Shown: positions 1 to 9,996 of the stretch, one piece after another
How the letters are laid out: each line of letters opens with the position of its first letter
How positions within the stretch are numbered: position 1 is the first letter of the stretch
IMG/VR virus record: IMGVR_UViG_3300043015_000560
Span: 1 to 64,000 of that record
DNA length: 64,000 nucleotides
Source: a virus
Strand: one strand, 5' to 3'
The notes under the pieces: generated by a model
Told to the model about the DNA's origin: nothing
Seen by the model: only the letters and a program-made list of their open reading frames with translations
Databases searched by the model: none
Program-made: the position numbers and the translations under genes

Positions 1-609
1 AACAAAATTACTTCTCTTGTTAGAAAAGAATCTACTTCAATTGAAGAAGCCGCGGTAAGAGAAGCAATTGTACAATACCACGTTTATGATTGCGTGTTTA
101 CAACTAGCTTAGATGCTGATTTCTCAGATAGAATTTCTTTTGTGTCCGATGTATTTAATATTATATATTTAGAAGACGGGCAAATGGCTCCCGTTCAATC
201 GGTACCAACTGTTTATTGTGGCGACCAGGATGCTTTAGATGAAAGATACTCTTTTTATCAAGCCGAGGGTTACGAAGGACAAATGGTTAGAAACAATGCG
301 CCATACGAAAACAAAAGAAGTAAGAACTTGCTAAAAAGAAAAGAGTTTATCACTGAAGAATATGATGTTGTTGCTGTTTTAGAAGGCTCAGGAAACTGGG
401 AAGGTTATGCTAAACACTTTACACTAGACTTAGGTGACGGAAGAACTTTCAATAGTGGAGTTCGAGGCAATCAACAAGTATTGAAAGAACTATTAGAGCA
501 AGAAGTAAAACCAACTTGGGTTACTTGCAGATATTTTGAAAAGACACCAGACGGAATCCCAAGGTTCCCGGTTGTTATTGATTGGGGAGTTAATGCACGA
601 GATGACTGA
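1..609 (+). CDS. gp30: ATP-dependent DNA ligase, C-terminal part (5' truncated by window)
   Basis: Frame open from base 1 (NKITSLVRKE...YHVYD); ligase motifs EGYEGQMVR, KRSKNLLKRK and OB-fold end YFEKTPDGIPRFP. Confidence 0.9.
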   Translation, partial: NKITSLVRKESTSIEEAAVREAIVQYHVYDCVFTTSLDADFSDRISFVSDVFNIIYLEDGQMAPVQSVPTVYCGDQDALDERYSFYQAEGYEGQMVRNNAPYENKRSKNLLKRKEFITEEYDVVAVLEGSGNWEGYAKHFTLDLGDGRTFNSGVRGNQQVLKELLEQEVKPTWVTCRYFEKTPDGIPRFPVVIDWGVNARDD

Positions 610-907
610 TAAGGAGTTTTCACCTGAGGAACTCGCAAATAGTAATAGAATTTTTAAAAGTGCTACACCCAAGTATGATTGGTCCTGGTGGATTAAATGG
701 TTTGGCAGTATAGCAGTTTTAATTGCAGTATCCATTAGATCAGCAGGACTTGCTGAATTTATTTTATATGATTTAGTTCTTTCCCTTGTCGGTGCATCTT
801 GTTGGCTTGTTGTTGGCTTGATGTGGAAAGATAGAGCTTTGATTATGCTCAATGGCGTTATTACCTTTATGTTATTGAGCGGTCTAATAAAAGTATTGGT
901 TGCATGA
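602..907 (+). CDS. small membrane protein, about 3 TM helices
   Basis: Hydrophobic segments after WWIKW; likely ATG at 602 overlapping the ligase stop (track start 536 lies deep inside ligase). Confidence 0.6.
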   Translation: MTDKEFSPEELANSNRIFKSATPKYDWSWWIKWFGSIAVLIAVSIRSAGLAEFILYDLVLSLVGASCWLVVGLMWKDRALIMLNGVITFMLLSGLIKVLVA

Positions 908-1497
908 TTATAACCAAAGAACGTTTAGCCATATGGATGGATTATGTTAGATATCAAAATCACCTGAGCTCTAGATTCAGTGATTGTTTCTTTACAAGTC
1001 AACTTGATAGTAAGGCTTGGTTGATTGAATCAATTGAAGACATGAAAATATCCGATGTTGTTATATTCGGAGGGTGGTACGGTGTTTTAGCAGGGCTACT
1101 TTCTGATAACTTACTTTTCAAGTCTGTAAATATTACAACTGTAGATATAGATCCAGAGTGTAAAGACATTGTTAAAAGAATAACATTGCCTGACGATAAC
1201 ATATATCCTGTAACCTGTTCTATGGAAGACTTTGAATACAAGTTAACTCCGGACATGGTTATTAATACTTCTTGCGAACACATTACACAAGAGCAATACG
1301 AAAAATGGTGGAATAATATTCCTATAAATACTTGGTACGTTTTACAAAGCAATAACTTTGATATAGACGAACATATTAGAACAGCTAGTTCTTTGGAAGA
1401 CTTTGAAAGACAATGTACCGACATAACAGGCATTATGTTTAAGGATGAATTTGAGACAGGTGGGTTCACCCGGTATATGATTATAGGAAGAAAATAA
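904..1497 (+). CDS. class I SAM-dependent methyltransferase-like protein
   Basis: VVIFGGWYG (motif I), VDIDP (acidic motif II), DMVINTSCEH. Confidence 0.7.
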   Translation: MIITKERLAIWMDYVRYQNHLSSRFSDCFFTSQLDSKAWLIESIEDMKISDVVIFGGWYGVLAGLLSDNLLFKSVNITTVDIDPECKDIVKRITLPDDNIYPVTCSMEDFEYKLTPDMVINTSCEHITQEQYEKWWNNIPINTWYVLQSNNFDIDEHIRTASSLEDFERQCTDITGIMFKDEFETGGFTRYMIIGRK

Positions 1498-2249
1498 TGA
1501 ATCTCACAATGCCGTCCGCTTTTAAACAGGCGCAGTTTGTTATAAGAATGAATGCTATTATTGCATTCGTTCTGCTATTTAAATACGCATCAATCTTTTT
1601 AATACCTCTCATTTGGTTTGGCTTCTTGTTATATGGAACCTTATTTGAGATTTCACTTCATCGCTACTTTACGCATCGCTCATTTAAAACAAGCAAATAC
1701 AAAGAGTACCTATTAAGGTTCATTGCCTTTTTAATGGGACAAGGTTCTATATTAGGTTGGATCACTGTACATAGAACACACCACAGATATGCAGACACAG
1801 AAAAAGATCCTCATAGTCCAAAGTATATGCCGTTATGGCGAGTCCTTACTGCAAGTTATGGTGACATGACTTCCCCTAGAATGATAATGAAAGAACTTAA
1901 AGGCCCTGACGCTGAGTATTTAAAATGGGAAGCAAGATATTATGCGTTCCTTTGGGCCGCCCTATGGATTTTAACTTTATCTATTAGTCCGGTATTGTTG
2001 TTTGTTGTTTCAGGTGGTGCTACAATACAAATCATATCAGTCGGATTATTAAATATTATATGCCACCAGTATGGCGACAAACCATATGAAAATGCTTCCG
2101 CTTATAATAACAAATGGTTGAATCTTCTTATAGGTTACGCCAACCACAATTCACATCATCACAAGCCATCGTCGTCCTACCACAAGCACGATCATGTTGG
2201 TTTTATTATTAATAAATTTTTTGAGGACGTAAAAGAGAATGGCAAATAA
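1497..2249 (+). CDS. membrane fatty acid (delta-9-like) desaturase
   Basis: His boxes HRYFTH, HRTHH and HNSHH, DPHSP motif, TM segments. Confidence 0.9.
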   Translation: MNLTMPSAFKQAQFVIRMNAIIAFVLLFKYASIFLIPLIWFGFLLYGTLFEISLHRYFTHRSFKTSKYKEYLLRFIAFLMGQGSILGWITVHRTHHRYADTEKDPHSPKYMPLWRVLTASYGDMTSPRMIMKELKGPDAEYLKWEARYYAFLWAALWILTLSISPVLLFVVSGGATIQIISVGLLNIICHQYGDKPYENASAYNNKWLNLLIGYANHNSHHHKPSSSYHKHDHVGFIINKFFEDVKENGK

Positions 2250-3726
2250 CGAATCAGATGTAGATGGTATTCGATCTAGAACTAAAGAACTAGAAGCACA
2301 AGTAAGTCCGACATTTTGTTTAGCGAAGTGGCATCACACTTCCATCTATATGTATAGCGGACAAACCCACTCTTGTTACCACCCTCGCCCACACGATATT
2401 CCTTTACAAGGGTTGGCAGAAAATCCAGCGCAGTTACACAATACTCCTCAGAAAAAACAAGAGCGTGCTGAAATGCTTGTTGGTGAAAAGCCCGATGGCT
2501 GTAAGTATTGTTGGAATGTTGAAGGACTTGATTCAGAGAATCCTGATATGCCTAATACCCATATCAGTGATAGAATGATTCGTAATCAGTCAATTCATAC
2601 ACCAGAACGTATGGAAGAAATTTTAGCTAAGCCATGGGACTTTGATGTTAACCCAGAATATATTGAAGTAGCATTTTCAAACGAATGTAATTTTAAATGT
2701 GGTTATTGTCACCCTGCTGTTAGTTCTAGTTTTTATAATGAGATGAAAAAACACGGACCATTTAATATGGTTGAGAATCACGCATTAGATATTGACTACA
2801 TTGAGGCAAGTGGACATCTAACGTCTTTAAAAGATGAAGACACCAATCCTTATGTTGCTGCTTGGTGGAAATGGTGGCCCGAGATGTCTAAGACATTAAA
2901 CATTCTTAGAATTACAGGTGGCGAGCCGTTACTACACAAATCGACTTGGCGTTTGTTAGAAGAATTAAAACAAAACCCTAAACCTCATTTGGAGTTAAAT
3001 TGTAACTCTAATTTAGGAATGGTAAATCGTCATGTTGTTAAGTTAACCAAATACATCAATGAACTTATGGAACTTGGAGCAATTAAGAAGTTTAAATTGT
3101 TTTCTAGTATGGACACCTGGGGCCCTAGAGCAGAGTATTTGCGAACAGGACTAGACTTAGAGAAATGGGAAAAGAATCACGACACTTATATTAGAGGTTG
3201 TAAGTCTCACATCACGCACATGGTAACATTTAATATTTTATCCGTGTCGTCATTTAAAGACTTCTTACAAAAAATATTAGACTGGCGTGCTGAGTATAAT
3301 GATGTAATTCCAATCATTGATCCTAGAAACCCAAACGACAGAAAGATTCGTTTTGACACTCCTTACTTAAAGGAGCCACTACAATATGATATGCACTTGT
3401 TGCCTAAAGAAGAATACCTTCCTTACTTCGACGAATGTTTAGATTTCATTCAAGAGAATATGAACGAAGAGGATTGTAGGACATTTAGCAAATTAGAGTA
3501 TGAAAGATTTAGACGTGTTCGAGATTATTTTGCAGAAGTTAATTATGATGAGAATAAAGTTAAAGAAGGACGAATAGATTTTTACAATTGGTTTACAGAA
3601 CTTGATAGAAGAAGAAACACAAACTTTGTTGAAACTTTCCCAGATATGATTCCTTTTTGGGAACTTTGTAAGGGTTTGGCAGAGGAGAAAAAGGCAAACA
3701 GAATAGGAGTCACCCAGATTATATGA
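2239..3726 (+). CDS. radical SAM protein with N-terminal Cys-rich (twitch/SPASM-like) domain
   Basis: CNFKCGYC (CxxxCxxC), ITGGEP; N-terminal FCLAKW..SCYHP..CKYCW. Confidence 0.85.
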   Translation: MANNESDVDGIRSRTKELEAQVSPTFCLAKWHHTSIYMYSGQTHSCYHPRPHDIPLQGLAENPAQLHNTPQKKQERAEMLVGEKPDGCKYCWNVEGLDSENPDMPNTHISDRMIRNQSIHTPERMEEILAKPWDFDVNPEYIEVAFSNECNFKCGYCHPAVSSSFYNEMKKHGPFNMVENHALDIDYIEASGHLTSLKDEDTNPYVAAWWKWWPEMSKTLNILRITGGEPLLHKSTWRLLEELKQNPKPHLELNCNSNLGMVNRHVVKLTKYINELMELGAIKKFKLFSSMDTWGPRAEYLRTGLDLEKWEKNHDTYIRGCKSHITHMVTFNILSVSSFKDFLQKILDWRAEYNDVIPIIDPRNPNDRKIRFDTPYLKEPLQYDMHLLPKEEYLPYFDECLDFIQENMNEEDCRTFSKLEYERFRRVRDYFAEVNYDENKVKEGRIDFYNWFTELDRRRNTNFVETFPDMIPFWELCKGLAEEKKANRIGVTQII

Positions 3727-3733
3727 GGCTCCA

Positions 3734-4477
3734 ATGGCAAATTTAATATTAGGTTTAGGCGATTCTCTTATCGGAGGCTGTGAGTGCGAGTCCCCTCCCA
3801 AACATTCTTTTATTGCTACTGTAGCTAAGGAGTTTGGCTGGGATCACCTTGTGATTGCAGAATCAGGCATATCAAATCTTGCAACTATAACAAATGCCTT
3901 TACTAGTGATTTTGATTGGAGTAAATACGACAAAAAAATTATTATTATTAATATTGCACATTATCAAAAACTAAGTTTACTAGCAGATAGAAGAGAAGAC
4001 AGGAATTGGGAAACATTTCTACCCAAAGGAAAGAAATGGGCTAGTTGGTCAGAAAATAAAATAATAGTTAATAATGGTTTAAAAGAATTCATCACACCCG
4101 AACTCGGACAAAGACAATTTTATTCTGATTATAAATTATTAGAAGCATTTAAAACATTACACGGGTTCAGCGATATTTTTATGATACCTTCTATAGAGAA
4201 TCTTACAAAGGAATTTTTTTCGCCAGACATCGAGGGTTACAATGAGTTTCCTTGGGAAAATATTTTAGAGATTGATGGCATACGATCATCCTGGCATTGG
4301 TGTTATTGGAAAGCCCATGGTGTAATAGATTACAACGCAAGAATAGATCAGGATTGGTGGTTGTTTTCAAAGGGCGAAAAAAGAACAAGATATTTTCATG
4401 AAAGAGGACACCCTAAAGAAGAGATGCAAGAATTATATGGCAAAGCAGTTGCCAACCACCTAAGAGAAAAGATATGA
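3734..4477 (+). CDS. SGNH/GDSL hydrolase-like protein
   Basis: GLGDSL block I, SGISN block II, C-terminal GHP. Confidence 0.6.
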   Translation: MANLILGLGDSLIGGCECESPPKHSFIATVAKEFGWDHLVIAESGISNLATITNAFTSDFDWSKYDKKIIIINIAHYQKLSLLADRREDRNWETFLPKGKKWASWSENKIIVNNGLKEFITPELGQRQFYSDYKLLEAFKTLHGFSDIFMIPSIENLTKEFFSPDIEGYNEFPWENILEIDGIRSSWHWCYWKAHGVIDYNARIDQDWWLFSKGEKRTRYFHERGHPKEEMQELYGKAVANHLREKI

Positions 4478-5475
4478 AAATTTTTATAACAGGCATTGCA
4501 GGATTTTTAGGCAGTCATTTAGCTGAAGAACTTTCTGCGTTGGGACATGAGGTATCGGGCAACGACAATCTTGTAGGTGGTGAAGTTTATAACGTACCTA
4601 AAAATGTAGACTTCTCTTTTGCTGATTGTACTGACTTTTGTGCAATGGAAAAACTGTTAGAAGGTGTAGACATTGTAATACACGCAGCAGCCACAGCACA
4701 TGAGGGGTTGTCTGTATTTAGTCCATCCTTTATTACTAAGAATATTTTTGAAGCATCAGTTACAACTATCTCAGCAGCCATATCAAACAATGTTAAGAGG
4801 TTTGTATTCTGTTCTTCCATGGCAAGATACGGTAATCAAGTAGCACCCTTTACTGAAGACATGGATCCAAAGCCGGTTGATCCTTATGCGATTGCCAAGG
4901 TAGCCGCAGAACAAGTATTACAAAATCTTTCTGAAACACACGGCATGGAATGGAACGTCGCTGTGCCTCATAATATTATTGGGCCGAGACAAAGGTATGA
5001 CGACCCGTTTAGAAATGTCTTGAGTATAATGTTAAATAGAAACTTACAAGACAAACCTGTTTACATATACGGAGACGGTGAGCAAGTTAGATGTTTTTCT
5101 TATGTGTCTGAATGTACGGACTCATTAATTAAAATGGCACTAGATCCTAACATTACAAGTGAAGTTATTAACATTGGCCCTGATGAAGGTGAGATTACTA
5201 TTAATCGTTTAGCAGAATTGGTTGCGAGCGAGACTGGTTGTAACTTAGAACCTATTCATGTTGCAGATAGGCCGAGAGAAGTTAAAATATCCCACTGCTC
5301 AAGCGATAAGGCAAGAAGATTGTTAGACTATAAACCTACTATTACACTTCAAGAGGCAATAAGAAATACAGCAGATGAAATTCGTATACGTGGGACAAAA
5401 GAGTTTGATTATACTTTCCCTTTAGAAATTAATTCAGACATTACACCGGACACCTGGAAAAAGAGACTCATTTAA
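4474..5475 (+). CDS. NAD-dependent nucleotide-sugar epimerase/dehydratase
   Basis: ITGIAGFLG Rossmann motif, SS, catalytic YAIAK (YxxxK), GDGEQVRCFSYV. Confidence 0.92.
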   Translation: MKIFITGIAGFLGSHLAEELSALGHEVSGNDNLVGGEVYNVPKNVDFSFADCTDFCAMEKLLEGVDIVIHAAATAHEGLSVFSPSFITKNIFEASVTTISAAISNNVKRFVFCSSMARYGNQVAPFTEDMDPKPVDPYAIAKVAAEQVLQNLSETHGMEWNVAVPHNIIGPRQRYDDPFRNVLSIMLNRNLQDKPVYIYGDGEQVRCFSYVSECTDSLIKMALDPNITSEVINIGPDEGEITINRLAELVASETGCNLEPIHVADRPREVKISHCSSDKARRLLDYKPTITLQEAIRNTADEIRIRGTKEFDYTFPLEINSDITPDTWKKRLI

Positions 5476-6464
5476 TGAATGATTGGGTCAATCCTTATCA
5501 ACAAAGGATCAGGAATAGCCCGTGGATTCCAGAACAAGATAATATTTACAGTATAGGTGTAGCTGGTTCATTGTATGAGTGGACACAGGCGAATGGCAAA
5601 TCCCTATTCCATTTTCTAGATCTAGAAAAACTAAAAAACAAAAAAGCAATCCTTGTTATTGATTATACTATTGAAGGTTATGATGAGCCTTGGATTTATG
5701 ATTGGCTTTACAAGGAATCAAAACGCTACGGGATATCACCCGAACAAATTGTTTATTGTCCAGGTGACTTGAGCGCTAAATCTGATATAATAAAAACTAT
5801 ACCCTTTTGTTGGTTTGAGAAAAAAGCGTTTCTCAATACTTTAGAACAACCCGTCCCAACATTCGAAGATCATTTAAATTATAAAAAAGATAATCCGACT
5901 TTGTTGTTTAATTGTCCTCAAAAAAGAATACGTGGGCACCGAAAACTTTTTGATACTAAAATAGAATCAATTAAAGACAAAGGGATATACAGTTTTATCG
6001 GCACCGATCAATTTATAGAAGGCGATAAACACGAAGAAGAACTAAGTTATTACATAGATAGATTCCATCAGCAATACTGCCTCGATACGTTTGTTACCAT
6101 TGTTAGCGAGCCACAATATTTTGGTGATAGCAAATTTTTAAGTGAGAAAATATTTAAACCAATTGCCTGCTCACACCCATTTATAGTTCTTGGAACACAA
6201 GGGTATCTCAAGGAGTTAAAAAAGAAAGGTTATAAAACTTTTGATAATTGGTTTGACGAATCGTATGATGAGATGCCAGATAATCTTAGAATGGGAAGTA
6301 TAATAAATACGTTGAAAGAAATTGATTTGATACAGGACAAAACATCTTGGTTTGAATCTATGAGAGAAACATTGGAGCATAATTATAAGGTAATGCAGAC
6401 TAATTATATTAATCACAATGTAGCAACTACTATACGGAATTACGCTAATGAAATTTGCTTTTGA
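5475..6464 (+). CDS. putative GT-B-like glycosyltransferase (paralog of 6448-7785)
   Basis: C-terminal IVSE..FLSEKIFKPI..HPFIVLG..GYKTF..DESYD resembles the GT10-type donor-binding tail. Confidence 0.5.
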   Translation: MNDWVNPYQQRIRNSPWIPEQDNIYSIGVAGSLYEWTQANGKSLFHFLDLEKLKNKKAILVIDYTIEGYDEPWIYDWLYKESKRYGISPEQIVYCPGDLSAKSDIIKTIPFCWFEKKAFLNTLEQPVPTFEDHLNYKKDNPTLLFNCPQKRIRGHRKLFDTKIESIKDKGIYSFIGTDQFIEGDKHEEELSYYIDRFHQQYCLDTFVTIVSEPQYFGDSKFLSEKIFKPIACSHPFIVLGTQGYLKELKKKGYKTFDNWFDESYDEMPDNLRMGSIINTLKEIDLIQDKTSWFESMRETLEHNYKVMQTNYINHNVATTIRNYANEICF

Positions 6465-7785
6465 GGATAAGACATATTTAAATAATTTTAAATTGTGTGG
6501 TGATAAGAATAACTCAGGCTTGTTACGATTCACCCCCTGTCCTATGACCTCTACACTTGTTAGGTATTGGCAAACTAAAGATAGGTATAACAATTTAAGT
6601 TTTGCTAATTATTCTATTTACCACCACGGTATCGATTCAGACACTACAATAAAATATCTAATATCGACAGGTGTTAATCACAGTCCAGGAGAATGGTGTG
6701 GCCCTGATAGAATGGGACAAGGATACAATCCCAGCCACCCAGATAGAAAAAGTGTTTTTGCTCTTTTGAACGACAAATATTTAAAGGACTTACAAGACAA
6801 CAATGCCATGTTAATGTTGGACCAAAGTCATGAGGGGTATCAAGTACCTTGGCTTTGGAGTTGGTTTCATAACGAATGTGATGACAATAACATTTCACCT
6901 AGAAATATAATCTATGTAACCGGCAATTGTTTAGCAGAAGAACAATATACTTCATGGGCAAATACACATGGCATTGTAACAAGAATTAAAGTTGTTCCGT
7001 ATACACACTTTGAAAATATGATTAATGTAACTGCTGAGAATAGAGTTAGAATTGACGGTGGAGATCCGTTGCCAACATTTGAAAGCCACATTGAACATAA
7101 AACTAATAACCCTGAGGAACTAAAAACTTTTAACGCATTACAAAAAAGAATTAGACCTCACAGAGTTTGGTTATACAAGATGTTGCACGACCATAACCTA
7201 TTGCAAGATGGACTCTGTTCTATGAACGAGTTTACACAATACAACACCTATTTAGAAGGCAAGTCTTTACCTGAAGATGTTATAGATAAATATAATGAGG
7301 GTTTGCCGTTAAAGGTTTATAACAAAGCAAACAATGAAAAAGATGACGGGTATTATATAACAAGATTTAATGATGAAACAATACTCAACACCTTTGTAAG
7401 CGTTGTAAGCGAGGCATCGTTTGCTGATATGGATCAGACTTGTTTTTTAAGTGAAAAAACTTTTAAGTCGATTGCTGAATATAGTCCTTTTATTGTTTAT
7501 GGCAATAGGCGTTCTTTAGAGTTTTTGAAAGACTTTGGTTACAAGACATTTCATCCTCATATAGATGAGACTTATGATACGCTACCAACATTTGAAAGAT
7601 TGGAAGCAATTATTAAAGAAATAACTAGAATTAAAAATATTGAAGATAAGGTTGAATGGTTTAAAGGTATGGAAGATATATTACAACACAATAGAGAAGT
7701 GTTGAGAAAAAACTCTAATGATTATGTTCCTAAAGCAATGATAGACGTCCACAGATATTATGAGGAAACTTTAAATGTACGCTAA
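6448..7785 (+). CDS. putative GT-B-like glycosyltransferase
   Basis: VVSE..FLSEKTFKSI..PFIVYG..GYKTF..DETYD, same family as upstream gene. Confidence 0.5.
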   Translation: MKFAFEDKTYLNNFKLCGDKNNSGLLRFTPCPMTSTLVRYWQTKDRYNNLSFANYSIYHHGIDSDTTIKYLISTGVNHSPGEWCGPDRMGQGYNPSHPDRKSVFALLNDKYLKDLQDNNAMLMLDQSHEGYQVPWLWSWFHNECDDNNISPRNIIYVTGNCLAEEQYTSWANTHGIVTRIKVVPYTHFENMINVTAENRVRIDGGDPLPTFESHIEHKTNNPEELKTFNALQKRIRPHRVWLYKMLHDHNLLQDGLCSMNEFTQYNTYLEGKSLPEDVIDKYNEGLPLKVYNKANNEKDDGYYITRFNDETILNTFVSVVSEASFADMDQTCFLSEKTFKSIAEYSPFIVYGNRRSLEFLKDFGYKTFHPHIDETYDTLPTFERLEAIIKEITRIKNIEDKVEWFKGMEDILQHNREVLRKNSNDYVPKAMIDVHRYYEETLNVR

Positions 7786-8812
7786 CGAATATGACGCAAT
7801 TAATAAAGACTTAGAGCGTACTAGAAAAGCGGTTATTGTATTCGGTGATTCTTTTGTGGAAGGTCAAGGCTCTATTGATGAAAAGATTTTAAACAAATAC
7901 CCACATCACATAGACGACGGTAATGTAATAAAATTCGATATAGACGTAGAAGAAAAAAAACAAATTGTTAAGGATTTTCCAGATATACAATTAGAGTTAC
8001 TTGGCGCAGAAGGTGATATGCGTTGGGAGTTAAATGTTGTACACCATGAAAGAAACAGAAACTTTGGTGCTCATCTTTGCAATGAGCATTTAAATAAAGA
8101 ATGGACTCATATCAATTTTGGCATGAGGGGTAATGGTAACAGAGCTAGTATAATGAATCTTTTTCTGCACCCGTTTTTGAATTTAGACGTAGCTAAAGAG
8201 TTTATTATAATATATGTACCAAGCGGCCCAGAAAGATTTGATTTCTCTCATAGAGAAAATCCAACGGGAGGTTCACCGGGTCATTTCTATTTTGAAACTA
8301 TGTGGCCTACTGCTAATACTGCGCGGGCCGGTTTACAAGATCAATTTGAAAGACAAACTAAAGGTAAACCGACTGATATAGAGGACAGGGCATACTACCG
8401 GGCTTCTTTGTGGGAGGCTTATGGGCATTACGTTTACTCAGAGAGAATGATAGCACAAGAACAAGTCTTACATTGGCAAGTATTAAACCAATGGATGCGT
8501 AGTAGAAAAATAAGAAAGTTTTTATGGACTCCTGCATTTGATAACCGTTGGTCAAGAAAACATTTTTTACGATCGGGGTTGGCTCCATCCTTAGTAGATA
8601 GTTTTCCGTGGGATAAAAAATTCAGCCCAGGAGGATACAACTCATTTGTAAATCTTGTAGAAGCTCAAGAAGGGCTAAAGTACAATAGCTTTTATAACTA
8701 CATGGGCACAGGATCTCCTGAGGGCTGGATTACAGCGTGCGCACACCCATCATACAAAGGGCACAAAAGATTCGCAAAAACAATTTATGAGGAATTAAAA
8801 GATGTCCTATGA
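7775..8812 (+). CDS. SGNH/GDSL hydrolase-like protein
   Basis: VFGDSFVEG, NFGMRGNGN, AHPSYKGH. Confidence 0.6.
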   Translation: MYANEYDAINKDLERTRKAVIVFGDSFVEGQGSIDEKILNKYPHHIDDGNVIKFDIDVEEKKQIVKDFPDIQLELLGAEGDMRWELNVVHHERNRNFGAHLCNEHLNKEWTHINFGMRGNGNRASIMNLFLHPFLNLDVAKEFIIIYVPSGPERFDFSHRENPTGGSPGHFYFETMWPTANTARAGLQDQFERQTKGKPTDIEDRAYYRASLWEAYGHYVYSERMIAQEQVLHWQVLNQWMRSRKIRKFLWTPAFDNRWSRKHFLRSGLAPSLVDSFPWDKKFSPGGYNSFVNLVEAQEGLKYNSFYNYMGTGSPEGWITACAHPSYKGHKRFAKTIYEELKDVL

Positions 8813-9758
8813 TCCAATGGCGTTTGACCAACTTATAGACGATACGCCAATTAAAAAATTTAAGAACCTAGGAGATGGTTTCAGATCCGAGCACGACGAA
8901 GATGGAGTTTTGTTTCCTGCTCCTATTGCTCTTTGGGAGAAATATCCTTTCCTCCCTTTAATGTCTAGTTCCAGCCCTGGCAACGTCCAAGACTTTGTTA
9001 TAGGTGACACCGAGAATGACTATGAACAACACAAAATAGAAATGGGCCCTGATTGGAAATACTACAACACACCTATAAAATATATTATTAATGATAATGG
9101 TTACCGAGCGCCTGAATGGAACACCATTGACTGGGAGAATAGTTATGTCCTATTAGGTTGCTCTTGTTCATTTGGTGTTGGATTAGATGAGGAAGAAACT
9201 TTGTCTAGGCATTTATCAATTGGACTTAAGGCTCCTGTTATAAATCTGGGCTACCCGGGTGGTTCCAATGAAACCATCATTTTCAACTTGTTGAGACTTC
9301 TTAAACACTACCCTAAACCTAAAGGGGTTATTATACAGTGGACAACTTTAGATAGGGCTATAATGTGGCACAAGCTTCAGCATTATAACTTAGGTCCTTG
9401 GGATATTGCTAATTATCCGCCCACAAGAACAAAGACATTTGATGGAACAGATTGTACCGAGCAATACCTAACTATGTTTTTAGATCAATACAATGAAGTA
9501 GGCAAGAACTATATGTGGGGACAGATGGCTAAGGAATTATTAAAGTCTGCAAACATACCTTCTTCTTACTTTTCTTTTTTCGGTAACACATCAACTGTTA
9601 TGAGATGTAATTGGAACGCTATGGATCCTGATCAAAAGAACGTACCCGTTTCAGAGTTGACTCGCCTTGAATGGGCAAGAGACTTGGTACACCCAGGAAA
9701 TTTATGTATGAAAAGAACAGCAGAGAGAATTATTAAAGACAAATTGTTGGTAAGATAG
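8802..9758 (+). CDS. SGNH-like protein (GCS variant)
   Basis: LLGCSCSFGVG, NLGYPGGSN, RDLVHPG. Confidence 0.6.
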   Translation: MSYDPMAFDQLIDDTPIKKFKNLGDGFRSEHDEDGVLFPAPIALWEKYPFLPLMSSSSPGNVQDFVIGDTENDYEQHKIEMGPDWKYYNTPIKYIINDNGYRAPEWNTIDWENSYVLLGCSCSFGVGLDEEETLSRHLSIGLKAPVINLGYPGGSNETIIFNLLRLLKHYPKPKGVIIQWTTLDRAIMWHKLQHYNLGPWDIANYPPTRTKTFDGTDCTEQYLTMFLDQYNEVGKNYMWGQMAKELLKSANIPSSYFSFFGNTSTVMRCNWNAMDPDQKNVPVSELTRLEWARDLVHPGNLCMKRTAERIIKDKLLVR

Positions 9759-9771
9759 GTATAATAAATAC

Positions 9772-9800
9772 TTGACAGTAGACTTATTATAATATATAAT
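9772..9800 (+). promoter_or_regulatory. sigma70-type early promoter
   Basis: TTGACA-17 bp-TATAAT, perfect consensus, intergenic. Confidence 0.85.
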
Positions 9801-9822
9801 ACACTTATAACTAGGATTATTT

Positions 9823-9981
9823 ATGAAAGATTTTAAAGCAAAACAGAAAGAACTCACAGAACTTAATGCAGACGGTAATGAAGATCGTAACAGAGAAGGT
9901 GAGTCTTCATCTAAAGAACAAGAAGAGTTGAAGAAACGACTTGAAGAATTGAGGAAGAACGACCCCTTTATTTACGAATAA
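9823..9981 (+). CDS. 52-aa charged small protein (MKDFKAKQKE...KKRLEELRKNDPFIYE), not in ORF track
   Basis: AGGA RBS, ATG 9823, TAA 9979-9981; fills the gap between promoter and radical SAM gene. Confidence 0.75.
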   Translation: MKDFKAKQKELTELNADGNEDRNREGESSSKEQEELKKRLEELRKNDPFIYE

Positions 9982-9996
9982 AAGAAAGGTTATATT

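Noticed and set aside
1323-1330. TATAAATA inside the methyltransferase gene
   Set aside because: Could be a late promoter for the desaturase onward, but a single internal 8-mer is expected by chance in AT-rich DNA
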